This document shows, piece by piece, positions 38,398 through 47,969 of a stretch of 64,000 nucleotides of DNA. Position numbers and translations under genes: made by a program. How positions within the stretch are numbered: position 1 is the first letter of the stretch; each line of letters opens with the position of its first letter. The stretch lies in assembly GCA_965208125.1 (NCBI GenBank), contig OZ242320.1, forward strand, positions 4,320,001 through 4,384,000. The letters are read 5' to 3'. This stretch comes from Candidatus Latescibacterota bacterium (GTDB lineage Bacteria; Latescibacterota; UBA2968). The notes under the pieces were generated by a model. That model saw only the letters and a program-made list of their open reading frames with translations, searched no databases and had not been told where the DNA came from.

Positions 38398-39831
38398 TTA
38401 CGGAGGGAGAAGCTCTGTGGAAAGGCCCCCCGAGAAACCTCTTTCTTTGATTTGCGCCACGAAGCCATTGATCTCCGCCTGACTCAAGATATCATTTCCA
38501 CTTATAATAAGCTGGCCACCCAGGTGAGCCAGGTTCTTCAGTCCTCTCAGACTTCTTAGTCGTGGATTGTTGCTGATTTCCAAATGGCCGCCAATGGATG
38601 TAAGATGCTCCAGGCCTTCCAGACTCTCCAGTTGTTCGTTCTGGCGTATGTAGAGGAAGCCTCCAATTTCCTTTAGTGCTTGCAGACCATCGAGGACGGC
38701 AAGGTTGTTGTTGGCCGTAATATGTATGCCGCGGGAGACGTACCGTAGGCTTCGCAGCCCCTGCAAGTCTCGCAGGGAGTGGTTAGATACGATCAGCAAG
38801 CGACCATCAATAGACTCGATTCTATGAAGTCCCTCCAGCGACGCCAGCTTTGGATGGCCGTCCAGGCGGAGATCCCTTGGTACAGTTTTGATTCTGTTTA
38901 GGGATGCGATGCTCTGTAGTGATTCGTTGTGGAGTATGTAAATGTCTCTGCCTACTCTCTCTACATTGAGCCCATCCAGGTTGAGCAGGTCGGGATTCCG
39001 AATAAGCTTCAGGTCCCGCGCTACATTGGTGATCGTCTCACATTGGGTAATGCCATGAAGACCATCGCACCGGAAGATGCATAGATCACCGTATGTGGCA
39101 GCCAGACGATTATGCGATATGTCCTTCTCCTGGAGGCCTGGCGATAGGTGGGAAAGGATTGTCGTCAAGTATTCAGGCCATTGATGGTCGGTCATATCGA
39201 TTCTGCATACTCGGACGTCCAGCTTGCCAATTAACTCATCCGTCATCTCTCGAAACGCGGTATAGAGTTGGGCGTAGCCAGCGAATCCTCTCCACCCATT
39301 CCTCTTAGCCCGAGCCCGTGTGGTGACCTTGAGGTTGATCTGGGTATTCTCCCAGCGATTTCCCCGGTCATCACAGGTACGTCGCAGGAAACTCGGCACG
39401 TCAGACTGCATCAGATAAACCACAGTCGGGTTGAGTTGCGAAACTGCATTAATGACTCCTCGAACGTAGTTCTCGATTGTGACGGGTTCAACGTCGTTGA
39501 AGAACAGCTCTGCCGTATTGCGATGAAATAGCTGGCCATCGAGGACGGTGACCGAATCGTTCTGCGCTCTTGAGGCGGTGAAGTCTCGCCATCTTTCCAG
39601 ACTCTCCTCTATCTGGCAGGCCTCGCCTTGCCACTCCATCCGAGTTGGATGATTTGGATCCTTCTCATGAATATGTGCGGTTGGTATCCCGTTTCGTTCA
39701 AGCTGCGAGCAAAGGAACTCTGCTGTATTGGTCTTCCCGGAGCCAGGGATTCCTTCCACAAAGATCAACTTGGTGTTCAGCAATGCAGCCTCCGTGATGG
39801 CTGTAGTGTTCTGCCCAAAACGGCCTCTCAC
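38398..39831 (-). CDS. P-loop kinase-like domain fused to receptor-L/LRR-like repeats
   Basis: IFVEGIPGSGKT; repeated LxxLxGLxxLxxIGGxLxIxxN. Confidence 0.75.
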   Translation of the reverse strand: MRGRFGQNTTAITEAALLNTKLIFVEGIPGSGKTNTAEFLCSQLERNGIPTAHIHEKDPNHPTRMEWQGEACQIEESLERWRDFTASRAQNDSVTVLDGQLFHRNTAELFFNDVEPVTIENYVRGVINAVSQLNPTVVYLMQSDVPSFLRRTCDDRGNRWENTQINLKVTTRARAKRNGWRGFAGYAQLYTAFREMTDELIGKLDVRVCRIDMTDHQWPEYLTTILSHLSPGLQEKDISHNRLAATYGDLCIFRCDGLHGITQCETITNVARDLKLIRNPDLLNLDGLNVERVGRDIYILHNESLQSIASLNRIKTVPRDLRLDGHPKLASLEGLHRIESIDGRLLIVSNHSLRDLQGLRSLRYVSRGIHITANNNLAVLDGLQALKEIGGFLYIRQNEQLESLEGLEHLTSIGGHLEISNNPRLRSLRGLKNLAHLGGQLIISGNDILSQAEINGFVAQIKERGFSGGLSTELLPP

Positions 39832-39888
39832 GAGCTTGTTGGCTCGATTACATAAACACCAGAACGGATGCAGTTCTATGTGGACCTG

Positions 39889-40674
39889 TTAAGCACCCTG
39901 TGGGGGACCGGATATAGGTTTTCCCAACCTCATGAGTAATAACATCGGCCAACCAAGATCAAAATCTTCTGGAAACTCAGTCCAGTACTCCTTCGCTCTG
40001 GGCGACTTCTCAAGCAGGCATTCGTCAGCAAGATGCTCCTCAATGCGATCAATCTGAAGTTGGGCCTTCAAGGCTGCATTGACATAGTCCGCGGTCTGGT
40101 GGTGATAGCCCTCGACGTTAACCTTTTGGCCTGTCTTCATATCAGTGAAGCGAGCCTGTAGGCGACGGAGACGCATCGCTGGGTGGAGTTCTGAGATGAG
40201 AATGAAACCTCCTGGCCGACAGATCCTCGCCATTTCTCCGATTACTGGATCCAAACCAGAAATGTGCTCCAGGACGAGGCAGCATAGGACGCGATCAAAG
40301 GTATCATTCTCGAATGGGAGGCGCTCTGTCAGATCATGGGTAACGAATCGCACATCGTGGTCTTTCGTCTTCTCAATAGCTTGCGCCATCATTTCTGGAG
40401 CGAAGTCAATTGCGGTCACCCTGGCACCTGCTTCTGACAGATAGAGGGTATGACGTCCCGTACCGCAGCCGATATCAGCGACGCTGAGTTCTTGGACATT
40501 CCCCAACAGGGATCGCAATAGCGGCTCTTCCAAAATAATCAAGGAATTGTCCTGCGTATCGTACGTCTCAGACCAACGAGCGTAGCCTTGCCGGACAGGT
40601 ACGGTTTCAAGATCGGCCCCAGACCCGTCATTCATGTTGTATGCCTCCAGGATAATGCCGGTGGTCCTGCCCAA
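39889..40674 (-). CDS. Class I SAM-dependent methyltransferase
   Basis: DIGCGTG and LPFENDTFD; stop codon overlaps R''-like GCTTAAC. Confidence 0.9.
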   Translation of the reverse strand: MGRTTGIILEAYNMNDGSGADLETVPVRQGYARWSETYDTQDNSLIILEEPLLRSLLGNVQELSVADIGCGTGRHTLYLSEAGARVTAIDFAPEMMAQAIEKTKDHDVRFVTHDLTERLPFENDTFDRVLCCLVLEHISGLDPVIGEMARICRPGGFILISELHPAMRLRRLQARFTDMKTGQKVNVEGYHHQTADYVNAALKAQLQIDRIEEHLADECLLEKSPRAKEYWTEFPEDFDLGWPMLLLMRLGKPISGPPQGA

Positions 40675-40692
40675 AGTTAATACTCAAATAAG

Positions 40693-40823
40693 ATAGCCCC
40701 AACAGCATCGAGTCGATATTGGTTGCCATCGTATGCAATCGTCGTAACGGAGCATTCACGCATTACTTCACCACTGTATGGGTCATTGCAGAATTCCGGA
40801 CTGATGCGACTCAGTTCTTCAGA
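40693..40823 (-). repeat. Identical 131-bp copy of 27889-28019 (histidine phosphatase 3' region)
   Basis: Direct sequence match. Confidence 0.95.
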
Positions 40824-40856
40824 TTCGCCCCCGACTGAACACAACTCGGTGGAAAA

Positions 40857-41576
40857 TCATGACTTACTCGATTTGTCCCTCTGCGCCAACATCTGTTGTC
40901 TAACTTTTCTCTTTAAGTTCTTCTTTCTCTCCCGCTCTTCCTTTTTTTTCTGCCGTTCCTCTCTTTTTGTTTTGCGATGCTGTTGGCTTTTTTTAACCTT
41001 CTGAATCCATTCTACTCTATTGGCTAAGATTTCAGGGCTACTCTTTTCGCCATATGAAAGCTTGTTTAGAAAATCTATAATTTCATGCTGTCTTCCTCCA
41101 ATTAAATCTGTGGCTCCAGGCCGAGTCAGTCCTCCCTCAAGTTCCCAATGATACCTATGAATCAAGGTGTCTATGAGGACCATCTTCTCTTTTGGAGATC
41201 TCGCAGTCTGGTATTTTTGGAGGAACTCTTGGAGAAAGACCGTGAGACCAGAGGCAGCAAGATGCTTACCTTGTTTGGCTTTATGATACTCGCCCCAGGT
41301 GAGTTCCCAGTTGCACGATTCGCATCTCAGAATCGTATCCTTCATACCGTCGTGGTCTATCTGGCGATCACATAATGGACATCTTGCTCGTCCAGTACTG
41401 GCTTCTCGTGCTTTGAAAATGCTTTCGATACGAGCGAAGAGTCCAATCCCCACGTCTTCAATAAGCTCTTCGTCTACTATGCCCTGTGCATCAGTTGCAT
41501 AAAGGCGGGCTATTTTTTCTCTTGGAACTCGACTTGCCCAAGTTGGCCTGTCGTGTCTTGGTTTCGGGTTGCTCAT
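40857..41576 (-). CDS. Hypothetical protein with CxxC/CxxC zinc ribbon
   Basis: CPLC...CESC and a basic C-terminal tail. Confidence 0.7.
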   Translation of the reverse strand: MSNPKPRHDRPTWASRVPREKIARLYATDAQGIVDEELIEDVGIGLFARIESIFKAREASTGRARCPLCDRQIDHDGMKDTILRCESCNWELTWGEYHKAKQGKHLAASGLTVFLQEFLQKYQTARSPKEKMVLIDTLIHRYHWELEGGLTRPGATDLIGGRQHEIIDFLNKLSYGEKSSPEILANRVEWIQKVKKSQQHRKTKREERQKKKEERERKKNLKRKVRQQMLAQRDKSSKS

Positions 41577-41717
41577 GTATTCCTTAGAGATTTTTCAGGT
41601 TGGTCGATTTGGTGAAAACTCGAAGAATCAGAAAAGTTCGAGAATATGATGGGGAGTGGGTTCTGTTTTTGTTTTTGCACGCTAAAGGGTTTTTCTGGGT
41701 GGTGTTGGGGCGATTGC

Positions 41718-41857
41718 CCATAACGTCTCGCCGGTTGCCGATGTGGCCGTGATCAGTTAAACAAATCGCTGCTTTTACAATCAGGAAACACAAAGCTTCA
41801 CGAGCCATTTGGGTCGGAGCAACCGCAGGGAGCGGAGCCTGCAACTTGATGTTAACT
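41718..41857 (-). repeat. attC-like hairpin (long, ~140 bp)
   Basis: CCATAAC GTCTCGCCG GTTGC...GCAAC TTGAT GTTAACT. Confidence 0.75.
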
Positions 41858-41906
41858 GCTGTGGCGGTGCCGGGCTGCATTTGCCAGGACAGCAAATGCG
41901 GCTTCG

Positions 41907-44210
41907 TCAGGAACATCCGAGGTGTTCATCAAACCAAGCGACAATGCGGTTCCAGTAGTCCACTTGATTGGAGTATTCCCACTCACTTGGGGCATGTCTT
42001 TCGCCTTCGTACTTTGCATACACCACCTCTTTTCCAAGACGACGAAGGCCAACAAATATCTCATCGGCCAGAAACGAAGGTACCGCATAATCGACAGCTC
42101 CGTGGATAATAAAAAGTGGCGTTTGTACCCTATCGAGGTAGAATACGGGTGAATTCTCGATATACCGATCCCGAAATTGCCAGGGGGTGCCGCCCATTCT
42201 ACCTTGGCCTTCCTCTGCCCACGGGAGTCCATAAGTTGATCCATCTTTTCTCATTGCCCCATACGCGCCCAGTAAATTACCTTGCGCTGCACTGGCAACG
42301 GCTGCCTTAAAGAGTGTTGACTGAACAATCAACCCCAGTACGCAATATCCGCCATAGCTGTGACCCATTATCCCAAGACGATCAGGATCGGCAATCCCCA
42401 TCTCAACTGCTTTGTTTACACCCGGAAGCACGGTCTTGGCAAGGTCTTGCATCGGGGTTCCCACTTGAAGGGGCGCATCAGGAGAGAGAACTGCGTATCC
42501 TCGTGTGGCGAGCAGCTGTAGGTTATCAACTCCAGAGCCTTCTAGGCCGAACGTATTTAGGTTGTTCGACCCCCACCTGCCACCATACACGCGAACTACA
42601 AGTGGATACCGTCTTCCTGATTCATAGTTGGGCGGAAGCAACAACGCACCCCGTAGCCTCTGGCCATCGGCACTTCTCCATTCGATGAGACGACTCGCTC
42701 CCATGCTAGTCGCGTCAAGCAACGGATTAAGGCAAGTTAATCGTCTTGGATTCTGGAAATCAACGTCTGAGATCCAGATATCCTCGCTATGCTGAGCACC
42801 CTGTTTTATGTAAGCCACACGCTGCTCATCGTCAGAAATATCGATGGTATAGATGGTAGGGCGACCGCAATCCGCATCCTCTTCAAAAAGTCGTGTTAAC
42901 TGTCCCGTAGTCAGGTCAACTTTGTAGAATCCAATGTGTCTGGTTTCATCATCCCGTGTAATCAGAAACAGTGATTGACCTCCATCTGGCGACCAGAAGC
43001 GTCCCCCTTCCGCAGGAGAAACCACTTCCATTATTTCTCCACCTGAAATACGTGTAATATGCGTCGCCGTTGCATCAGGTACAGAGATGCGCCATAAAGC
43101 ATCAGAAACGAGGCAATAGAGGTTTTGTCCCTTGGAGTCCCATAAGGGAGCACGATAAACATGGTAAAAATTGGGATGTGGTTCCTTAGTCAAGTTTCGT
43201 GGCTCACCTCCGCTGGCAGACACAACGAAACAATCTCCGTCTGATATATAACTGAGTAGCTGCCCATCGGGAGACCAGCTGACGGAAATTGCGCGCTTTT
43301 GTTGAATATCTGTTGCAAAGACTTGAGAGCGAGTATCAGACAGAGAGACAACGATGAGTTTATTCTCCAAGATTGTAAATGCAATGTTCATACCATCTGG
43401 AGATATCCAGTAGCCGAGGACTTTCATTCGGTGTACGATACGTTGCACCTCTCCATTGGAAACATCGATCAAGGCAAGATCAGAAAGGTAAATATTCGTG
43501 ACCTCAATTTCTTGCATGTTGTCCTGCTGTTGTCCCACGTCATCTCCCTGCTTTGTGGCTTCGGGTGAGCGGTAGACAGCGACTGAGGGCTGATCTGCTT
43601 CTTTTTGATCATCCTTCGGCAATGGAGGACCCATAAAAAGACTGCAAGCTTCTTCAAGCGTCATCCTCTGCGGCAGGATTTTGCAGAGAATTTTCTGACT
43701 ATCCGGTGTCCAACGGACAATTTCGGAACCGTAATAAGGACGTACAATAGCGTCAGATACTTGCCTCAATGTATCGGATGACTTTTCCCACACCCAAAGC
43801 TGTGCTTGGCCATTCTGATCTGAATAAAAGGCAAGATAGTTTCCATTGGGGGACCATACCGGGCCCCAGCCATTACCTTTGCCTTCTGTCAAGCACCTTG
43901 ACTCACCAGATATAGAATTGGTGACCCAGACCTCACAACCAATCCTCAATCTTGGCATGCCTGAGCGACTAAAAAAGCTATATCTTTCATCGCCTGTTTT
44001 CTCCTTTTTTCGAGGGTTTTGGACTGTGTAGGCAACCCACTCGCCATCTGGAGAAAGGTCGATAGGTGTTTGTGGAGAAAAAGAGAGCGACGAAAGTACA
44101 TCTTCAGTTTCTATGTGCATCCATTTCTCCTTACAATAACTGATAGCCTCCACAACAGAGGTTTCTCTTTTGAGGAGGCGCCTTCCTGGCGCCTCCTGGT
44201 TTTCCGGCAC
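41907..44210 (-). CDS. S9 family peptidase (beta-propeller plus catalytic domain)
   Basis: WSPDG repeats, GHSYGG, HGAVD and EGERH motifs. Confidence 0.92.
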   Translation of the reverse strand: MPENQEAPGRRLLKRETSVVEAISYCKEKWMHIETEDVLSSLSFSPQTPIDLSPDGEWVAYTVQNPRKKEKTGDERYSFFSRSGMPRLRIGCEVWVTNSISGESRCLTEGKGNGWGPVWSPNGNYLAFYSDQNGQAQLWVWEKSSDTLRQVSDAIVRPYYGSEIVRWTPDSQKILCKILPQRMTLEEACSLFMGPPLPKDDQKEADQPSVAVYRSPEATKQGDDVGQQQDNMQEIEVTNIYLSDLALIDVSNGEVQRIVHRMKVLGYWISPDGMNIAFTILENKLIVVSLSDTRSQVFATDIQQKRAISVSWSPDGQLLSYISDGDCFVVSASGGEPRNLTKEPHPNFYHVYRAPLWDSKGQNLYCLVSDALWRISVPDATATHITRISGGEIMEVVSPAEGGRFWSPDGGQSLFLITRDDETRHIGFYKVDLTTGQLTRLFEEDADCGRPTIYTIDISDDEQRVAYIKQGAQHSEDIWISDVDFQNPRRLTCLNPLLDATSMGASRLIEWRSADGQRLRGALLLPPNYESGRRYPLVVRVYGGRWGSNNLNTFGLEGSGVDNLQLLATRGYAVLSPDAPLQVGTPMQDLAKTVLPGVNKAVEMGIADPDRLGIMGHSYGGYCVLGLIVQSTLFKAAVASAAQGNLLGAYGAMRKDGSTYGLPWAEEGQGRMGGTPWQFRDRYIENSPVFYLDRVQTPLFIIHGAVDYAVPSFLADEIFVGLRRLGKEVVYAKYEGERHAPSEWEYSNQVDYWNRIVAWFDEHLGCS

Positions 44211-44219
44211 CGTTATTGC

Positions 44220-44310
44220 AGTTAACGTTTCGCCGGTTTGCGAACCCGCGCAGCGGGTTGCCGAAGGCCAAGGCGCGAACTGCGCCGCAGCGCAAACCGT
44301 GCTGTTAGAG
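44220..44310 (-). repeat. attC-like hairpin (intact)
   Basis: AGTTAAC GTTTCGC CGGTTTGCG...CGCAAACCG TGCT GTTAGAG. Confidence 0.9.
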
Positions 44311-44351
44311 GACGTTGTGCCTTCCCTGACACCCGACTGACACCGAGATGC

Positions 44352-45173
44352 TCAGGGAATGAAGCACTCATCTCTCCCCCTATGGACAAAGATCGAGTTC
44401 TCGCCATGCTCGCCGAGTTGAAATATGCACTCGAATCCGTAGGATTGCAGCTCCGCTACAAGCCTCTTCCGATCCCGATAACACCTCTTGGGAATGTAGG
44501 CCTTGCCGTTAACGAGGAGCGTGTCACTGCAGGCTTCTACCTGCTCCAGCGCGGAAGGCGCCTTTTCCAGCGGCTCGTAGTAGTAGTCCGTTGACGGATC
44601 GTAAAGGCAATCGCCGTCATAGATATCATAAGTTTGGCCGGTGGAGCGATCCACGATTTTCCTATCTGGGCTATGTCGTCTGGACTCATAAAGCGAAGAA
44701 CTTACGAGGTAGTAGCCCTTGGGCTTCAGCCTAGCCTTGACGCTCTCGAAGACTGATTTGCGCTCTTCGGAGAAGACGATGTGGTTGATGCAGTAACTAT
44801 CAATTATCAAGTCAAACCGGCGCCCACTGTGTGGAATCGCCGTCACATCCACCACCTCATAAGTAATAGCCAAGCCTCGGACGGAAGCTATCTCCTTGGC
44901 CGTCCGGATCGCCTCCGGTATCACGTCATAACCCGTGACTTGGTAGCCCCGTTCTGCAAGAAACAGGGCGACCGGCCCCACGCCCGTCCCAAGTTCGAGC
45001 ACTACTGGATTCGGCGTCTTGAACCGGAGCTTTGGCAAGGCCATATCGAGGAATTCCCGAGACGAGAAATCGTGGAAATCGATGCCACCATACGTCTGCG
45101 TTGCCCAATCTTTCAGACCCATCTGGGTCATGGTCTCGTAACGCCGGGCATTTTCACGGAAATAGTATCTCAT
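44352..45173 (-). CDS. Class I SAM-dependent methyltransferase
   Basis: LELGTGVG and FDLIID motifs. Confidence 0.88.
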   Translation of the reverse strand: MRYYFRENARRYETMTQMGLKDWATQTYGGIDFHDFSSREFLDMALPKLRFKTPNPVVLELGTGVGPVALFLAERGYQVTGYDVIPEAIRTAKEIASVRGLAITYEVVDVTAIPHSGRRFDLIIDSYCINHIVFSEERKSVFESVKARLKPKGYYLVSSSLYESRRHSPDRKIVDRSTGQTYDIYDGDCLYDPSTDYYYEPLEKAPSALEQVEACSDTLLVNGKAYIPKRCYRDRKRLVAELQSYGFECIFQLGEHGENSIFVHRGRDECFIP

Positions 45174-45188
45174 TCACAATGTCCTCTA

Positions 45189-46125
45189 GGTAGTGTCTGA
45201 AAAGTCGTAAAGTATGTATTTTAGTTGCAGCATACGCCCAAGACAAAGGAGTATGATATGCAACGGAGATACGAACTGAGCGACGACGAATGGCATCTGA
45301 TCCAAGACTTGTTTCCACCGCCGAAGAAGATGGGTCGTCCCCGTCGAGATGATCGTACATTATTCAACGGGGTCTTCTGGATATTGTGTTCAGGTGCAGC
45401 TTGGCGCGACCTACCAGAACGATATGGTCCTTGGCAGACAGCCTTTGATCGATTCTGCAAATGGAAACAGGATGGCACTTTTGATCGCATTGTAGAAAAA
45501 TTGCATCTCAAATTGGATGAAGATGGCCTTTTAGATTATGCGACCTGGATGATGGATGCAACCCATATTCGAGCCACACAAGCCGCAGCAGGGGCGAAAA
45601 AAAAAGGGTAAAGAGGGTGAAGAAGAGCCCCCAGACCACGCTTTAGGACGCTCTCGTGGCGGTTTGACCACGAAAATCCATCTTCTTTGCGATGCAGTCG
45701 GGCATCCTTTAGCAGTGGACCTGCTCCCTGGCAACCAGTCAGAATCCACACAGGCTGAAAGGCTGTTATCAAAGGTACGCATACCCACCAAACAAGGACG
45801 TCCAAGAAACCGACCTCAGTATCTGGTGGCTGATAAATCTTATGATGTCTCACGCATCAGAGTCTATCTACGCAAACGGGGTATCAAGGCTGCTATCCCA
45901 AACAAGGCGATTCCTAAAGGCAGAAAACGGCGTAAGAGAGGACCAAGGCCAAAGTGTGATAAAAGATTATATGCCAAACGCAATATCGTAGAGCGTCTCT
46001 TTGGTTGGCTCAAACACTGCCGACGGATTGTGACTCGGTTTGAAAAAAAGGCGACTCATTTTCTCACTATGGTCAAGCTGGCCTGCATCAGACAACTCTT
46101 CAAAGCTTACTTTTCAGACACTACC
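45189..46125 (+). mobile_element. IS5 family insertion sequence (IS427/IS1031-like)
   Basis: Perfect 17-bp terminal IR GGTAGTGTCTGAAAAGT, TA duplication, two-ORF transposase. Confidence 0.95.
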
Positions 46126-46128
46126 TAA
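45258..46128 (+). CDS. IS5 transposase (OrfA + OrfB, -1 frameshift at the A9 run near 45600)
   Basis: WRDLPERYGPW, GRSRGGLTTKIH, ADKSYD and RNIVERLF motifs. Confidence 0.9.
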
Positions 46129-46220
46129 CGTTTCGCCGGTTTGCGAACCCCGAGCTTGTCGAGGGGTTGCCGAAGGCCAAGGCGCGACCAGCGCCGCAGC
46201 GCAACACCGTGCTGTTAGAC
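46126..46220 (-). repeat. attC-like hairpin whose R' core is split by the IS5
   Basis: Near-identical to 44220-44310; removing the IS restores GTCCTCTAAC. Confidence 0.9.
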
Positions 46221-47105
46221 GACGTGCCCTGCCATTCTCTCGAGTGAGTTCCGGGCTATCCGTTCTATCTCCTCCCCTGGTAACAAAGCAATGTCTTCGA
46301 AATCCACCACCTTTTCTAATGAGCGGATTACTTCCCGTCCAAGGAAGTGGCCACATCCACTGCGCCCCTTTATGCTGAACCAAGAGCCGAAGAATGAATT
46401 CACTGGCTGATCCCCATCTACCAGTTTCAGAAATTCGGTAGCAAGCCAGGCTTTGTTTGACGTGCACCAGGCGAGCCAATTCTCCTCGCCATATTGTTCA
46501 TGCCATGAATCGTCACCAAATACAATTTGCTCGCTACGGACCGCAAATCCCTCGCGATAAAGCTGCCAAAAAGGCCCCTTACCAGACGGTAAACCGCTTC
46601 GTTTGCGGCGCTGTATGTGGAGAAGATGGCCCAACTCGTGGGCAGTGAGGCCGGTCAGCGCCTTCTCTGTAGTGTAGCCACATTCAGCAATGTTCTCTAA
46701 TCCGAAGAGGCAAGCAGACCTCCCTCCAAGGCTAGTGGCCCATCCCGCGCCGCAACCAATTCCCACATAGATCATGAAGAGAACGTCAAAATCCAGATCA
46801 AGAGACTCCTGTGCCCTGCGGTATACTTTATCTATACAGGTTAACAATACAGCTCTCGCCTTTCCCATGGACGGCAACCGCTCCTGCAGATATGGGAAAA
46901 CTTTATCTTTTCCAATCGCGCGCCACCCCCCTTCCTGGCCAATGTAATCCTTTTGCTGTTTTTCGAGCAGTTCGGGCCACTGTGACATGTATTCAGTGGC
47001 CCAAAGCTCCAACTGCGTCTCAAGCGGTTTCACATGGACGGCCTCCCAAAAGGAGAGGAAAGCAGGAAACGTATCAACGATCTCGCACTGTGCCATCTTT
47101 AACAT
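46215..47105 (-). CDS. Putative zinc-dependent protease (HExxH)
   Basis: AHELGHLLH...EG; stop codon overlaps GTCTAAC. Confidence 0.65.
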   Translation of the reverse strand: MLKMAQCEIVDTFPAFLSFWEAVHVKPLETQLELWATEYMSQWPELLEKQQKDYIGQEGGWRAIGKDKVFPYLQERLPSMGKARAVLLTCIDKVYRRAQESLDLDFDVLFMIYVGIGCGAGWATSLGGRSACLFGLENIAECGYTTEKALTGLTAHELGHLLHIQRRKRSGLPSGKGPFWQLYREGFAVRSEQIVFGDDSWHEQYGEENWLAWCTSNKAWLATEFLKLVDGDQPVNSFFGSWFSIKGRSGCGHFLGREVIRSLEKVVDFEDIALLPGEEIERIARNSLERMAGHVV

Positions 47106-47122
47106 CTTGACCTCGGCATGTC

Positions 47123-47206
47123 GTCTAACGTTTTCGCCGTGTCCGAACCGCGAAGCGGTTGCGCGAAGGCGCCTCAGCGCCGAAGCCGGGCACGGACGTG
47201 TTACGC
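47123..47206 (-). repeat. attC-like hairpin (intact)
   Basis: GTCTAAC GTTTTCG CCGTGTCCG...CGGGCACGG ACGT GTTACGC. Confidence 0.9.
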
Positions 47207-47256
47207 GCTGTGCTGCTACTGGCCCTCACCAAGGCAGTTCCGTCAAGTCTCATACT

Positions 47257-47913
47257 TCACGAATACATCGACAGATCATCCCAGTCCGGCCATAGCGTCG
47301 GTCGAGTTAATTTCGGATCGGGATGCCAGTCTTCCCACTCGGCAGAGAACGGACCCAAGTTCTGCTCAATCTCCTCAACTGCCCGCTGGCCTTCTGCATA
47401 GATCGCCTCAGCATCTTCGGCACTCACTCTACCGTCCTGCATACACAGCTCGAGTTCGTCCTCGTTTTTCCACCTCCACTCTCGGTTTGGCTCGACGAGA
47501 ATATCAAGCTGATGGTCCCTCAAGTCGAAACCCAACCGTGTACGCGTCAGCTCGCTCTGCATGTTTACGTACCACCCTAAGAACTCACGCTCTCTTGACC
47601 ATCTGACCCACGTCGCCCGTTGCTGATGGGGGTTGACGACGATCAATAGCTCAGCCCATTGCCAAGTCGAATCCTGAAGCGCCCAGTTGTTCTTGGTCCA
47701 CCGACGTGGCGTCCCAGGCGTGTGGTTTATTAGCTCCGCCTTCTTTGAAGGTGTATTCAGTGGGAGCCAAAGGACGATCTGGATATCAGAATCTTCGACT
47801 ACGGTGACAGGCTTCACATCGATGATTTGCCCATGTTCATCAGTCTCTCGATAAAGAATGGATTCACCGCGGCTAAATATGTTGGCTCCTTGGTACATTT
47901 GGGACTTCCTCAC
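47257..47913 (-). CDS. DUF402-like protein (first cassette)
   Basis: GWYVN, DHQLDI and WKNEDEL motifs. Confidence 0.8.
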   Translation of the reverse strand: MRKSQMYQGANIFSRGESILYRETDEHGQIIDVKPVTVVEDSDIQIVLWLPLNTPSKKAELINHTPGTPRRWTKNNWALQDSTWQWAELLIVVNPHQQRATWVRWSREREFLGWYVNMQSELTRTRLGFDLRDHQLDILVEPNREWRWKNEDELELCMQDGRVSAEDAEAIYAEGQRAVEEIEQNLGPFSAEWEDWHPDPKLTRPTLWPDWDDLSMYS

Positions 47914-47969
47914 ACGGTACAGCCAGAAGATCCTATCAGCCTCGAAGTACCCGCAATGGCATGGCGCGT

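Noticed and set aside
41718-47206. CRISPR array or REP elements
   Set aside because: The repeats are separated by whole genes, vary in sequence and end in AAC/GTT cores; no cas genes are present.
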